Source: Octopus vulgaris
Lineage: Eukaryota
Direction of reading: 5' to 3'
Length of the DNA: 64,000 bases
NCBI GenBank assembly: GCA_951406725.2
Contig: OX597828.1
Location: forward strand, 10,602,001-10,666,000
The position numbers were made by a program, and so were the translations under genes. Below the pieces are notes generated by a model. The model ran no database searches, had not been told where the DNA came from, and saw only the letters and a program-made list of their open reading frames with translations. Shown here one piece after another: positions 15,057 through 26,486 of this stretch. Positions within the stretch are counted from its first letter, which is position 1. Each line of letters opens with the position of its first letter.

Positions 15057-15513
15057 GAGTGAGCGAGCAGAGCATGCCATCAAAGTGACACTGGGGTAAA
15101 ATATACGAAGCCCGGTATACCCATCATGACTACCCGTCTGATAAGGGTACACCAGGCACATGCATCACAACTATATGTGCGCGACATGGTGATCTCATAA
15201 AAAGATAAACAGCACATGACCTTGCAGGTGGAGCCCAGTTACAATTTTCTTCAGATCGAGTAACCCATCCCGCTCAAAAGGTCCCTGAATAAGGGTTGTT
15301 TAAGGACGTTGAACGAAACACCCATGTTTCCAGAGGTGAATTATTCAAACCCCAAAGAATCCTTCTCAACACATGGCTATGATGCTCCCCCACTACTTCT
15401 GCTCGTGATCAGAGATGCACATATCGTCAGCCACTAAGGGACATGCTCAACTGGTTAAGGTCAAACAACTGACAAGCAAATCTGTGGTATTGAGCAGAAT
15501 ATTTGCTGTAGCC

Positions 15514-15514
<1 letters not shown>
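15057..15514 (-). mobile_element. 5'-truncated R4/Dong-type LINE, 3' UTR only, inserted in a (TAA)n array
   Basis: Highly similar to 15626-16079, the distal 3' UTR of the adjacent RLE-coding copy. (TTA)n lies on both sides. Confidence 0.85.
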
Positions 15515-15589
<75 letters not shown>

Positions 15590-15625
15590 ATTATTATTAT
15601 TATTATTATTGTTATTATTATTATT

Positions 15626-16572
15626 GAGTGAAAGAGCAGTGTATGCTATCAATGTGATACTGGGGTAAAATATACGAAGCCCAGTACACCCATCATCACT
15701 ACCCGTCTGATAATGGTACACCAGGCACATGCATCACAACCACATGTGCGCGACATGGTGATCTCATATCAAGATAAACAGCCCATGACCTTCCAGGTGG
15801 GACCCAGTAATAATTTTCTTCTTGTCGAGTAGCCCATCCTGCTCAAAAGGTACCTGAATAAGGGTCGTTTAAGGATGTTGAACGAAACACCCATGTTTCC
15901 AGAGGTGAATTATTCAAACCCCAAAGAATCCCTCTTAACACATGACTATGACGCTCCCTAACTACTTCTGCTCGGGATCAGAGATGTACATATCGTCAGC
16001 CATTTAGGGACATGGTCAACTGGATAAGGTCAAACAACTGATAAGCAAATCTGTGGTATCGAGCAGAATATGTGCTGTATGTTTAACTTTTGCTTTACAT
16101 TTGTACAAATTGGCTCCAAGTCTCACCCACAGGCCTCAAGAGACAAAAAGTTGGAAGTTCATGTTTGTGCTATGCCTAGGGTGCCATATATTTGGTTTTG
16201 TTCATAGTGTTGTTCTAGAGAATATTTAAGAAATCATAAGAAAATTAAGTTTTTTTTAAAATTTAAGATTACATAGACAGTATATTACGTAGGATAAGGT
16301 CAGTTCCCATGAGTACTTTGTTTTGAATTTCTGCCATTTTGGGATTTCCTGGTATCTGAGCTAGGTAGCAACCAGCCCCTTTTGCTATCATTCTTAGAGC
16401 ACCTATGGCAACAGTTATTGTTTTAGTGTTCAGATTCCACATTTTGCTAATTTCTATCTCAAGATCTTTATACTTGCTCAGTTTTTGGTAGGTCTTGACA
16501 GATAGTTTATATCGATTGGTATAGTCATATCAATGAGGAGGCGTGATTTTTGTCTGAATTCTGAAGTCTTTC
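15626..16572 (-). mobile_element. 5'-truncated R4/Dong-type LINE (RLE C-terminus plus about 640 bp of 3' UTR) in a (TAA)n array
   Basis: Minus strand 16572-16269 reads, with a frameshift, LLIDMTIPID..SVKTYQKLSKYKDLEIEISKMWNLNTKTITVAIGALRMI...LMGTDLILRNILSM*. This is homologous to ORF 21580..21873. Flanked by (TTA)n. Confidence 0.9.
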
Positions 16573-16594
16573 ATTATTATTATTATTATTATTA

Positions 16595-16653
<59 letters not shown>

Positions 16654-17075
16654 GTAAGCAATATTATTATTGTTGCGGTTGTTTTTTATATGGCAATTGG
16701 CGGTAAGTAACTGGACTCTACGCTAGAAAGACTATAAAACTTTGTGAATGATTTTATTTCTCGGCAATATTGCACGCATCTCCGCCCGCGCGTGTTGCCA
16801 TAGTCTGTCACGTATTAGAAATTCATCCAAGCTATCATTTGCGAGCACTGAATTATAATCACCAAGTACTCACACAATTACATACACACATGAATAAAAC
16901 GCAAACACACGTATTTACACACTAACACTTACGCAGACTTTGACAGTATCTCTGAAATGCATACGACTTACCCTCACAGACACATTCACTCCTAACACTC
17001 TTATGTACACACGATATACAACACTGACACACGCATGGAATCAAACACAAGCACGCATAGCCACACATTCATAAA

Positions 17076-17234
17076 CAGGAGTGGCTGTGTGGTAAGTAGC
17101 TTGCTTACTTACCAAATGGTTCCGGGTTCAGTCCAACTGCGTGGCACCTTGGGCAAGTGTTTCTATTATAGTCTCGGGCCAACCAAAGCCGCGTGAGTAG
17201 ATTTGTTAGACGGAAACTGAAAGAAGCCCGTCGT

Positions 17235-17282
<48 letters not shown>

Positions 17283-17508
17283 GTATGTGTATTTGCGTGT
17301 CTATATTTGTCCTCCAACATTGCTTGACAACAGATGCTGGTGTGTTTACGTCCCCGTAACTTAGCGATTCGGCAAAAGAGACCGATAGAATAAGTACTAG
17401 GCTTGCAAAGTATAAGTTCTGGGGTCGATTTGCTCGACTAAGGGTGGTGCTCCAGCATGGCTGCAGTCAAACGACTGAAACAAGTAATAGAGTAAAAGAG
17501 TAAAAGAG
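17076..17508 (+). mobile_element. SINE family A, near full length
   Basis: A and B boxes, internal (TA)n, and the tail ggtgctccagcatggctgcagtcaaacgactgaaacaag followed by (taaaagag)n. Confidence 0.9.
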
Positions 17509-18311
17509 GTTTTCGTATGCACACATACACACACTTTGAATCGTTCTGATACATACCATAACACAGGCATACTCATACACAAACAATTCCACGCTCTATA
17601 AACAAAAACCGTCAACACACTCAGACGAATAAATAAAACCACATATATATATACACATTGTTTTCAACACAAATGCGCCACACAGACACATGAAATAAAC
17701 TGTATTAGACAACTTTATACATACACAGATAACAATACAGAAATAAACGCAAGTGCACGCAATACATTTTAGCAAGCGACGCAGCGGACAGTTTATATAT
17801 AACCCCCCCCACACACACACACACACATAAAAATACATACGCACACATACACATAAGTACATACAAATACTGTTGCATATACTCATGCACATAGAGGCAG
17901 GAAATTTCTTCAAAACTAAGTAGAAGCACGGGTATGGACACATACATAATTATAAGATACTACACTCAGACGGTCTATCAGGCACACACATACACACACA
18001 TAGACTCACCCCTCAATCATGTACATATACACACGCTTACGTACGCATACACACGTATGCACCTGCATAACGCACGTATATATACACAAGCGTGCGCTCG
18101 CATACGCGTGCAGACAGGGAAATTCCTCGCAAACCGAATGTGTGTTAGACGAATTACCACGCCAAAATTTTGAAGCCGAAGGCAAAGTTAGTGACTGGGT
18201 GAAAGAGAGAGGGGGAGAGAGAGACGGAGAGTGATATAAAAAAGAGATAGAAAAAGAGAGAGAATAAGAGATAGAGTGACAGACAGAGAGTCTGAGAGAG
18301 ACAGAAACAGT

Positions 18312-18345
<34 letters not shown>

Positions 18346-18946
18346 TAGGGAGAACGAGGAAGCAATCCAGAAATTGGTGTTGCGAGCGGATTGGTAATAA
18401 TAAAAAGACACTAACGACTAGACTAGACAACTTACCTTACCACCTTTCACACTAAGTTCTATTTGACTGATGCTCTGACTATCACACTAAGTAGTTTTTG
18501 ACCGATCGTTTCAATCTAAAATCATTTTCTCCCAACCAGCGAAAAATACAATTACTCAAGCATGATTATGCTTGCTTTGTCTATCAGAGAGGAATCCGGC
18601 CAATTCAGCGAGGCGAAACAACTTAGGAATGAAATAAATATAGACAGAAGAAGCCGCTAGAGAAACAGAGATAAAAGAGGAAGGTAGGGAGAGTTGGATA
18701 AAACGATTTCTATTAAGGTAAACAGAATATAAGTACAACGAGGCGAGAGACGTGTTAATGGAGAGAGGCCAACGAGAATGAGAGGATAACAGAGAAGGAG
18801 GGAAATGCGAAAAGGTAATATCTGATGGAGAGGAAGTTGGGCAGATGAATAAATATATAGGTAAAAATGCAGTTCTATAGACTAGTGGAAACTAAGATAA
18901 TTGGTCCTGTTTACGTATGAATGTACGTATATAGGTACGCATCTAT

Positions 18947-18980
<34 letters not shown>

Positions 18981-19069
18981 ATATGTTTCTATATACACAT
19001 GACTTTATGAATATATATATATATATATATATCTAATATTTATGTTTCTATATACGCATGACTTTATGA

Positions 19070-19151
<82 letters not shown>

Positions 19152-19626
19152 GTGCGCGTCTGTCTGCTTGTATGTGTGTGTATGTAGGGGGGAAATGGTG
19201 TCTGCAAACTTTAGATAGGGGGTTAAAATATAGATGAAGAGAAAATTTAGAAATGCTAGGATAGACGATAGACAAATGTTTTTTTTTTTTAAAGCATTAC
19301 AAAGGTCTAAGAATTCAGATCATGAGATGTTAACTGAAACCTCCAGAATACAAACGCTCTAACATAGATGATGTGTACCTATGAGTAATAAAGACAGTTT
19401 AAGTGACAAGAGGAAAATGTTTCACTTGATAACATGAAACCTTGTTTGTCTCTGAATGTATATAGCTAGTCGTAAGGGGACCAGTGAAACAATGTTCAAT
19501 CAGTACTAAATGTTCTTCCTGCTTTCAAATAAATATTTAAGCCAAGAGCAAACTTTAATACTTATCGGTTTATCTTGGGTTATTTAGTACGACAGAAGAC
19601 AATGAAATATTAATAACATCAACAAG

Positions 19627-19663
19627 AATAATAATAATAATAATAATAATTATAATAATAATG

Positions 19664-19700
<37 letters not shown>

Positions 19701-19819
19701 TGATGATGATAATAATAATAATGATAATAATAATCATAATAATAAAAATTATTATAATAATAATAATATTAATAATAACAATAACAATAACCATAATAAT
19801 AATAATAATAATAATAATG

Positions 19820-19894
<75 letters not shown>

Positions 19895-19974
19895 GTAAAA
19901 ATAATAATAGTAATAATAATAATGATAATATTAATAATAATAATAATGATAATAATAATAACAATAATAATAAT
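19627..19974. repeat. (TAA)n array, about 350 bp, imperfect; target of the adjacent LINE
   Basis: Read directly from the sequence. Confidence 0.95.
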
Positions 19975-21970
19975 CGAAACACTAGCCATTAACAGATCCT
20001 CGAAACACTAGCCATTAACAAAGTAACACCAACAATTATAAAATACATAGGACACTATGAATAAATGGCAAACAGTGCTACAGCTCCAAACAAAATAGGG
20101 ACTCATGAAAACCAAAGCCATACCCATTAGAAGAGGAATATTCCAGGGAGACACGCTCTCTCCACTCCTTTTCTGCTTGGCACTGTCACCTCTATCTGAT
20201 ATGCTAAATAGAACTGGATGCGGATATAAATGTTACGGCAAAACGAACAGCCACCTTGTATATATGGATGACCTAAAACTATACGCTGCAAATGACAAAC
20301 AGCTGGAAACACTATTAAAGACAGTTCATGGATTTACCAAAGAAATAGATATGAAATTTGGATTAGAAAAATGCACCAAAGTAACCCTGAAGAGAGGAAA
20401 ACTAGTTAAGAATAGCAACATCACACTAGATAAAACCAATGAAATAAAAGAATTAGACCAAAGCCAAACTTACAAATACTTAGGAATCCATGAACTAGAT
20501 AAGACACAACACACACAAATGAAAGAGAAAATAAAAAAAAGAATACTATAGACAAGTTAGATCAATACTAAAAACAGAGCTCAATGCTAAAAACAAGATA
20601 ATAGGTATTAACACTTTAGCCGTCCCAGTTATAAGTTACAGCTACAATATCCTTAACTGGACACTAAATGAACTGACTAAAATAGATAGGCAAACAAGAA
20701 AAATAATGACAGGATCTAGGATACATCACCCAAAATCTGACATAGAAAGAGTACATATACAACTTATAGAAGGTGGTAGAGGCCTTATACAGCTGGAAAA
20801 CTACTATAAATTTACCACCATAGGACTGCAAAATATCTACTTCAGAGGGATGAAAACTTATACAAATAGCGGCAAAACACGAGCAAAACCAAAAGCTGTT
20901 CACTGTATTTAAGGAAGCTGACAAATACAAACAAGAAATCATACCACCTAACAAATATAAAGAAGAAGAAGAAGAAGAAGAAGAAGAAGAAGAAGAAGAA
21001 GAAGAAGAAGAAGAAGAAGAAGAAGAAGAAGAAGAAGCAACAAAAACTATAAAACAAATTAAATCCAAATTAAAACTAGAACAGCAAAGAACCATGATAA
21101 AACGATGGCAAGAAAAGTCCCTTCATGGTAAATACTGGACTAAACTAAATGCAAAAGAAATAGACAAAGAAAAATCCCAGCAATGGTTGAGAAGCTCAGG
21201 ACTCAAAGCAGAGATAGAGGGATTTTTAATTGCAGCACAAGACCAAATCCTTCCCACCAGAAATTACCAAAAACATGTAATGAAAAGAAATATAACAAGT
21301 AACTGCAGAATATGTGGAGATGGACAAGAAACAATGAATCATATTATCTCTGGCTGCCCAGTCCTGGGTAAGAAGGAATATATTCACAGACACGACAGAG
21401 TTGGGACCTACATACACTGGAAGCTATGCCAACACTATGGAATAACAACAGAAAAAATATGGTTTAGGCACACAGCAGAACAGGTCACAGAAAACAGAAA
21501 GCAACCATACTCTGGGATATGCCGATACACACAGATAGAGAAATTAAGGCAAACATACCAGATATAGTTTTCAGAGATCATGAAGAAAAAAAAATGCTTT
21601 CTAATTGATGTATCAATACCAGCAGATGACAACGTGTCTCTAAAAGAAATGGAGAAACTTTCAAAATACAAAGACCTGGAAATAGAGGTAACCGGAATGT
21701 GGAATCTAAAAACAGAAACAATTCCTATCATAGTAGGTGCATTAGGCATGATAAAAGAATATTCAGACAAATACATAACAAAAACACCAGGACTTACAAA
21801 CACATATAACATACAGAAAATTGCACTACTAGGTACTGCACGCATCCTACGTAAAACGCTTTCAACACAGTAACCATCAGAGCATCACAACAAATCACAG
21901 CACATACCCAAGGCACACAGAGCTGCGCTCGGTAGTGAGGTGAAAGCACGCTATAAAAATAAAACTACTG
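19975..21970 (+). mobile_element. 5'-truncated, frameshifted R4/Dong-clade non-LTR retrotransposon (RT, CCHC zinc knuckle, RLE endonuclease, short 3' UTR)
   Basis: RT motifs GIFQGDTLSPLLF and YMDDLKLYA (20105-20551), GGRGL (about 20771), CRICGDGQETMNHIISGC and RHD (21094-21567), LIDVSIP...EKLSKYKDL...PIIVGALG (21580-21873). (TAA)n on both flanks is the known target of Dong-like elements. Confidence 0.95.
20961..21037 (+). repeat. (GAA)n tract inside the LINE ORF (poly-Glu)
   Basis: About 25 GAA units between the RT and CCHC regions. Confidence 0.95.
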
Positions 21971-22039
21971 AATAACAATAATAATAATAATAATAATAAC
22001 AACAACAATAATAATAATAATAATAATAATGATAATGGA

Positions 22040-22630
22040 AATAAAGAATGGTGGCAGAGGACTAATTAGTACAGGCTATTGTATTAGGGATGAAAGGATA
22101 ACGATTACCGAGTATTTATTTAATAAAAAGTTAGGAAGACCTGCTGCAATATGCCGCGAAAGATATGGGTGTAAATGCAGATGAGATAATGGGCAAGGAA
22201 GTGTTTAATCAAAGAGCTAAGAAGAACAGAAAACCTTCAAATGAGAATAAATGGACAGTTTGAAAGGAACATTAAGGATAATACAGCATCGTGGGCGATT
22301 TAACTATAGATGGTTGCATGCACTTTTGACCCACGAATAGTCAAGAAGGAAGGCGATACAACCATCTTAAATATGAAATAGCCTGGGTATGGAAAATGAA
22401 GAAGGTGAAGATAGTGCCAATCATTGTCGGGTCCTTGAGAACATTATCAGAAGTCATCAAGAGATTTTTTAAAAAAATAGGATTATTGTGCCCTGTAGAA
22501 CAGTTACAAAAGTTTTGTCTCTGTGGCATGGCCAGAATAATCAGGAAAGTATTAGATGGCTGAAAAGAACGTAGAGCAGGGTACCGTAGGCTTCATGTTA
22601 GAAGGCTCCAGAAGCTCCAACAAAACATGT
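22040..22630 (+). pseudogene. Older, internally deleted R4/Dong-type LINE remnant of a different family
   Basis: GGRGLI at about 22050. 22345-22563 reads, with a frameshift, RYNHLKYEIAWVWKMKKVKIVPIIVGSLRTL...EQLQKFCLCGMARIIRKVLDG*. It lies between TAA/CAA tracts. Confidence 0.75.
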
Positions 22631-23522
22631 GATAAAGAGAAATAATAATAGCAATAATTATAACAGCAACAACAACAAGAACAAAAACAACAACCGCGAC
22701 AACAACTCTAACAATAACAAAACTAAGAATTGTTTTCTAGCCATATATCGAATATGGCAAGGTTATAAACTTTACGCACGTATTATCATTGTTATAGAAA
22801 CGTGCCAATGTATGCATATGTATATATGCATACACCTATAGATATTTACACATTTTCGTATATGCATGTGTGTGCGTGCGCGTGGACTAATATAGATATA
22901 TATCATATGTGTGTGTATGTATGAGCCTTTGAGATGCATGTTTACATGTATAAATGTTTATATTGTATCTTCAGCAAACAATTCAATTTATGTGATAATA
23001 CATAAATGTATATCACGAGATCGTAGCACATATTGGTTCAAACTTACAACAAAGACTGCGTGTTGAAGTATTTACACCTTTAAATGTATGTATATGGTCG
23101 TGTATATTCTGATATGAGTTAGTTGTCTACTGGCATGTGTATCTTACCCTTCATAATATAAATTTACCCCATGACCATAGACATTGCCAAATATGCTTCA
23201 TGCGCAAAATGTAAGCACATGATTGCCTGGCATGCAATAATTTTTATAATATGTTCCTAGGATCAGTACTGACCTCGTGTTAAATAACTATGCCAACAAC
23301 ATTCAAGGAATTTTATACTCTTTCATCATTTTTCTATTTTGGCAAAACACTTTGCGTTTTCCAAATATAAAAAAAATAATAGGTAGTAGATTATAAAACG
23401 ATTTTGAATACGGCGGCATGGTCTCACTGCTCTTTAAATCAACCTCATTATATGTATGCTATATTAACTTAATATGAAAAGCAAAATCGTCTTCTAAATT
23501 CGAATTGGATTCTAAAATATTA

Positions 23523-23886
23523 AGGAGTGGCTGTGTGGTAAATAGCTTGCTTAGCAACTACATGGTTCCGCGTTCAGTCCCACTACGTTGCACCTTGGGC
23601 AAGTGTCTTCTACAATAGCCTAGGGTCGACCTAAGCCTTGTGAGTGGATTCGGCAGACGGAAACTGAAAGAAGCCAGTCGTATATATGTATAAGTATACA
23701 TATATACACACATGTGTGTGTGTGTATTTGTGTGTCTGTGTATGCCCCCCAACATCACTTGACAACCGATGCCGGTGTGTTTATGTCCCCGTAACTTAGC
23801 GGTTCGACAAAAGTGACCGATAGAATAAGTACTAGGCTTACAAAGAATAAGTCCCGGGGTCGATTTGTTCGACTAAAGGCGGTGCT
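23523..23886 (+). mobile_element. SINE family A
   Basis: Same head, body and start of tail as the other family A copies. Confidence 0.9.
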
Positions 23887-23986
23887 TTCAAAATACCTTT
23901 ATATAATTTTGGTAAATATATCTGTTAAAATGAGATGTCAGTGTTATTTTCATTTTTGCGTAAATTAAACTATAATATATTCACCG

Positions 23987-24023
<37 letters not shown>

Positions 24024-24031
<8 letters not shown>

Positions 24032-24167
24032 ATATAGTTAGCATAATTTGCGTACAAGGTACTTCATAGATATATGAATTGTTTGCATATATACATATAT
24101 GCATTTCCCACATTTGTTGTATTCATATTTCATTTGCAAATGTAGACACACACAAACATACACATAA

Positions 24168-24229
<62 letters not shown>

Positions 24230-24317
24230 GTGGGAAATGCATATATGTATATATGCAAACAATTCATATATCTATGAAGTACCTTGTACGCAAATTATGC
24301 TAACTATATTAAATATA
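24024..24317. repeat. Perfect 92-bp inverted repeat with a 110-bp spacer
   Basis: 24024-24115 is the reverse complement of 24226-24317. Each arm is directly preceded by (TA)n. Confidence 0.95.
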
Positions 24318-25029
24318 CTATACCAAAATCGGCTGAATTTGTGGACTACGAATTCCCTGCTATTTACGTAGAAAACAAATATGTATTATCTCTATATTTA
24401 AATCTAGTCTACATAACATCATCAATTGTACAGGGGTTTTTTTTCATTTTATGTGACTAATGCTTAGTAGAGAAATGTACGTAAAAATGTTGTGAATTCA
24501 TAGTAGAAGTTACTTTCATTTTTATATTAATTGTTTTTGAAAATTAAATTCTTCTTTATATATGTTATACGAGTCACACATTGGTCCGCTACACTTCCAG
24601 TCGTCGGAGTAAGAAGCAAGTTCTGTTTATCTCCGATGGGAAACATACTACTTTTATTAAAATACTCAAGCTTTATCTACTGCCATACCCACACGCTTAT
24701 ATATTATATAACAATATCATTCTGTAAATTGTTGCCCAACACAGGAGACGTTGGCAAAGACAAACATGCTATAAAAGATTTAGTTGCTTTCAAAAGCAAA
24801 GCATTACATACGACAGTATTTCTTTAATATATTCTAACAGCAATCGTTGCCGTATATTATGCGGTTCATGCACAAAGATAGTGTCTACCACGAAAAATTC
24901 AGAATAAAACACTACGTGAATGAACGCATTGTGTAGCCCCTCCTGCAACAACCAGAATAAAAATTTAGCTACAAACAATCTAACAAAAATATACAGAAGC
25001 ACAAATACATGTCATCTTCATAAATAATA

Positions 25030-25232
25030 GTTTCAAATTTTAGCATGGGGCTAGCAGTTTTCCAAGGGAAGGGCGATGTCAAATTGTATCGACACCATTA
25101 TTTGATTGGTACTTATTTTATCGTCCCTGAATGGAAGAAAGTCAAAGTCAACCGCGGCCGAATTTGAGTTCAGAACATAGAGACATTCGAAATGACGCTA
25201 AGTTTTTATCTGGGGTACTAACAGCTCTGCGA
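25030..25232 (-). mobile_element. SINE family D copy, diverged
   Basis: ggtacttattttatcgtccctgaatggaagaaagtcaaagtcaaccgcggccgaatttgagttcagaac. Confidence 0.7.
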
Positions 25233-25478
25233 CCCCAACAACTACTTCTTCATAAATAATACAACCGTGAATCTATGATTTACGAAGCAAAGCTCAATTT
25301 CATGACAAATAATGCGCAAAAGTATTGTAGCATTAAGGAATTGTCAATTAAAGCGAACATACTTCAACAAAGCTGCCTAATTTGGAACCATAGAAAAGGA
25401 AAATAAAATAAAGCTGTATTATCAATATTGCATTCGACACAACGTACATAATATTCGGAAGATAGGAACTATATATAT

Positions 25479-25721
25479 ACAATTTATAAGTAAGGGCAAA
25501 AGAAAAAATTTCTAATGCCAAAATATGCAGAGAAGGTTCTTATGAACTAACCCTGAAATCGGGTCCGATATGGTAATAACGGGTTTTTTTTTAGAAATTT
25601 CTGTTGGCTTTCTTCGAAACGCGTGCTTGTAGTGATAAATTACATGGTTATTGACGTTCTGTATATTTTCGGCATATTTTGGCATTAGAAATTTCTTCTT
25701 TTTCCATTACTTATAAATTGT
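25479..25721. repeat. About 50-bp imperfect terminal inverted repeats around about 143 bp
   Basis: acaatttataagtaagggcaaaagaaaaaatttctaatgccaaaatatgc (25479-25528) pairs with 25672-25721. Confidence 0.8.
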
Positions 25722-25800
25722 TTATAAATTTCAACTTTAAAGGTATTTTTTAATATGATGGCCATTGATAGAATTTTTTGGGAAAATTTTATCCTATATT

Positions 25801-25858
<58 letters not shown>

Positions 25859-26099
25859 AACAAAATACTTTCATTTTTAACATAGTAGAAGAACATCAAA
25901 CTCGTGGGCGGGCGACTAATAATCTGCTGATTTTAAAAGTCACTTCAGAAGCTATAAGAAGACAAGCATTGACATTGACATAATGATATCTTGAGTGACC
26001 GAAAGCTAAGCAATATATTTGCTATGTAAAATGCTTAGACAGGTATGTCTTCGCAAATACAGGCACATACACAGACACAGACACACACACACACACACA

Positions 26100-26171
<72 letters not shown>

Positions 26172-26367
26172 TAGATGTATACATATTATCTTCTCATTTA
26201 ATGGCATGTTCAATCATTGATTACAATGAAATTTGCATTCAAATGACATAACTTATTATTTCTTATTTCTTATTGTATCTACTTCTGAGTGATTATAATC
26301 ATGTATATAAGTAGATAATATATTACTCTTCGAATATTCAATTCAGAAGAGCGTAGGAGTGCCTAAC

Positions 26368-26486
<119 letters not shown>

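Noticed and set aside
14903-16655. CRISPR-like alternation of repeat and spacer
   Set aside because: The repeats are simple (TTA)n, the spacers are LINE fragments, the context is eukaryotic and there are no cas genes.
16770-16815. GC box plus RFX half-site (ccgccc, gttgcca)
   Set aside because: Short motifs with no supporting gene context.
20105-21873. Active reverse transcriptase gene
   Set aside because: 5' truncated, and split by several frameshifts and stop codons, so it is a dead copy.
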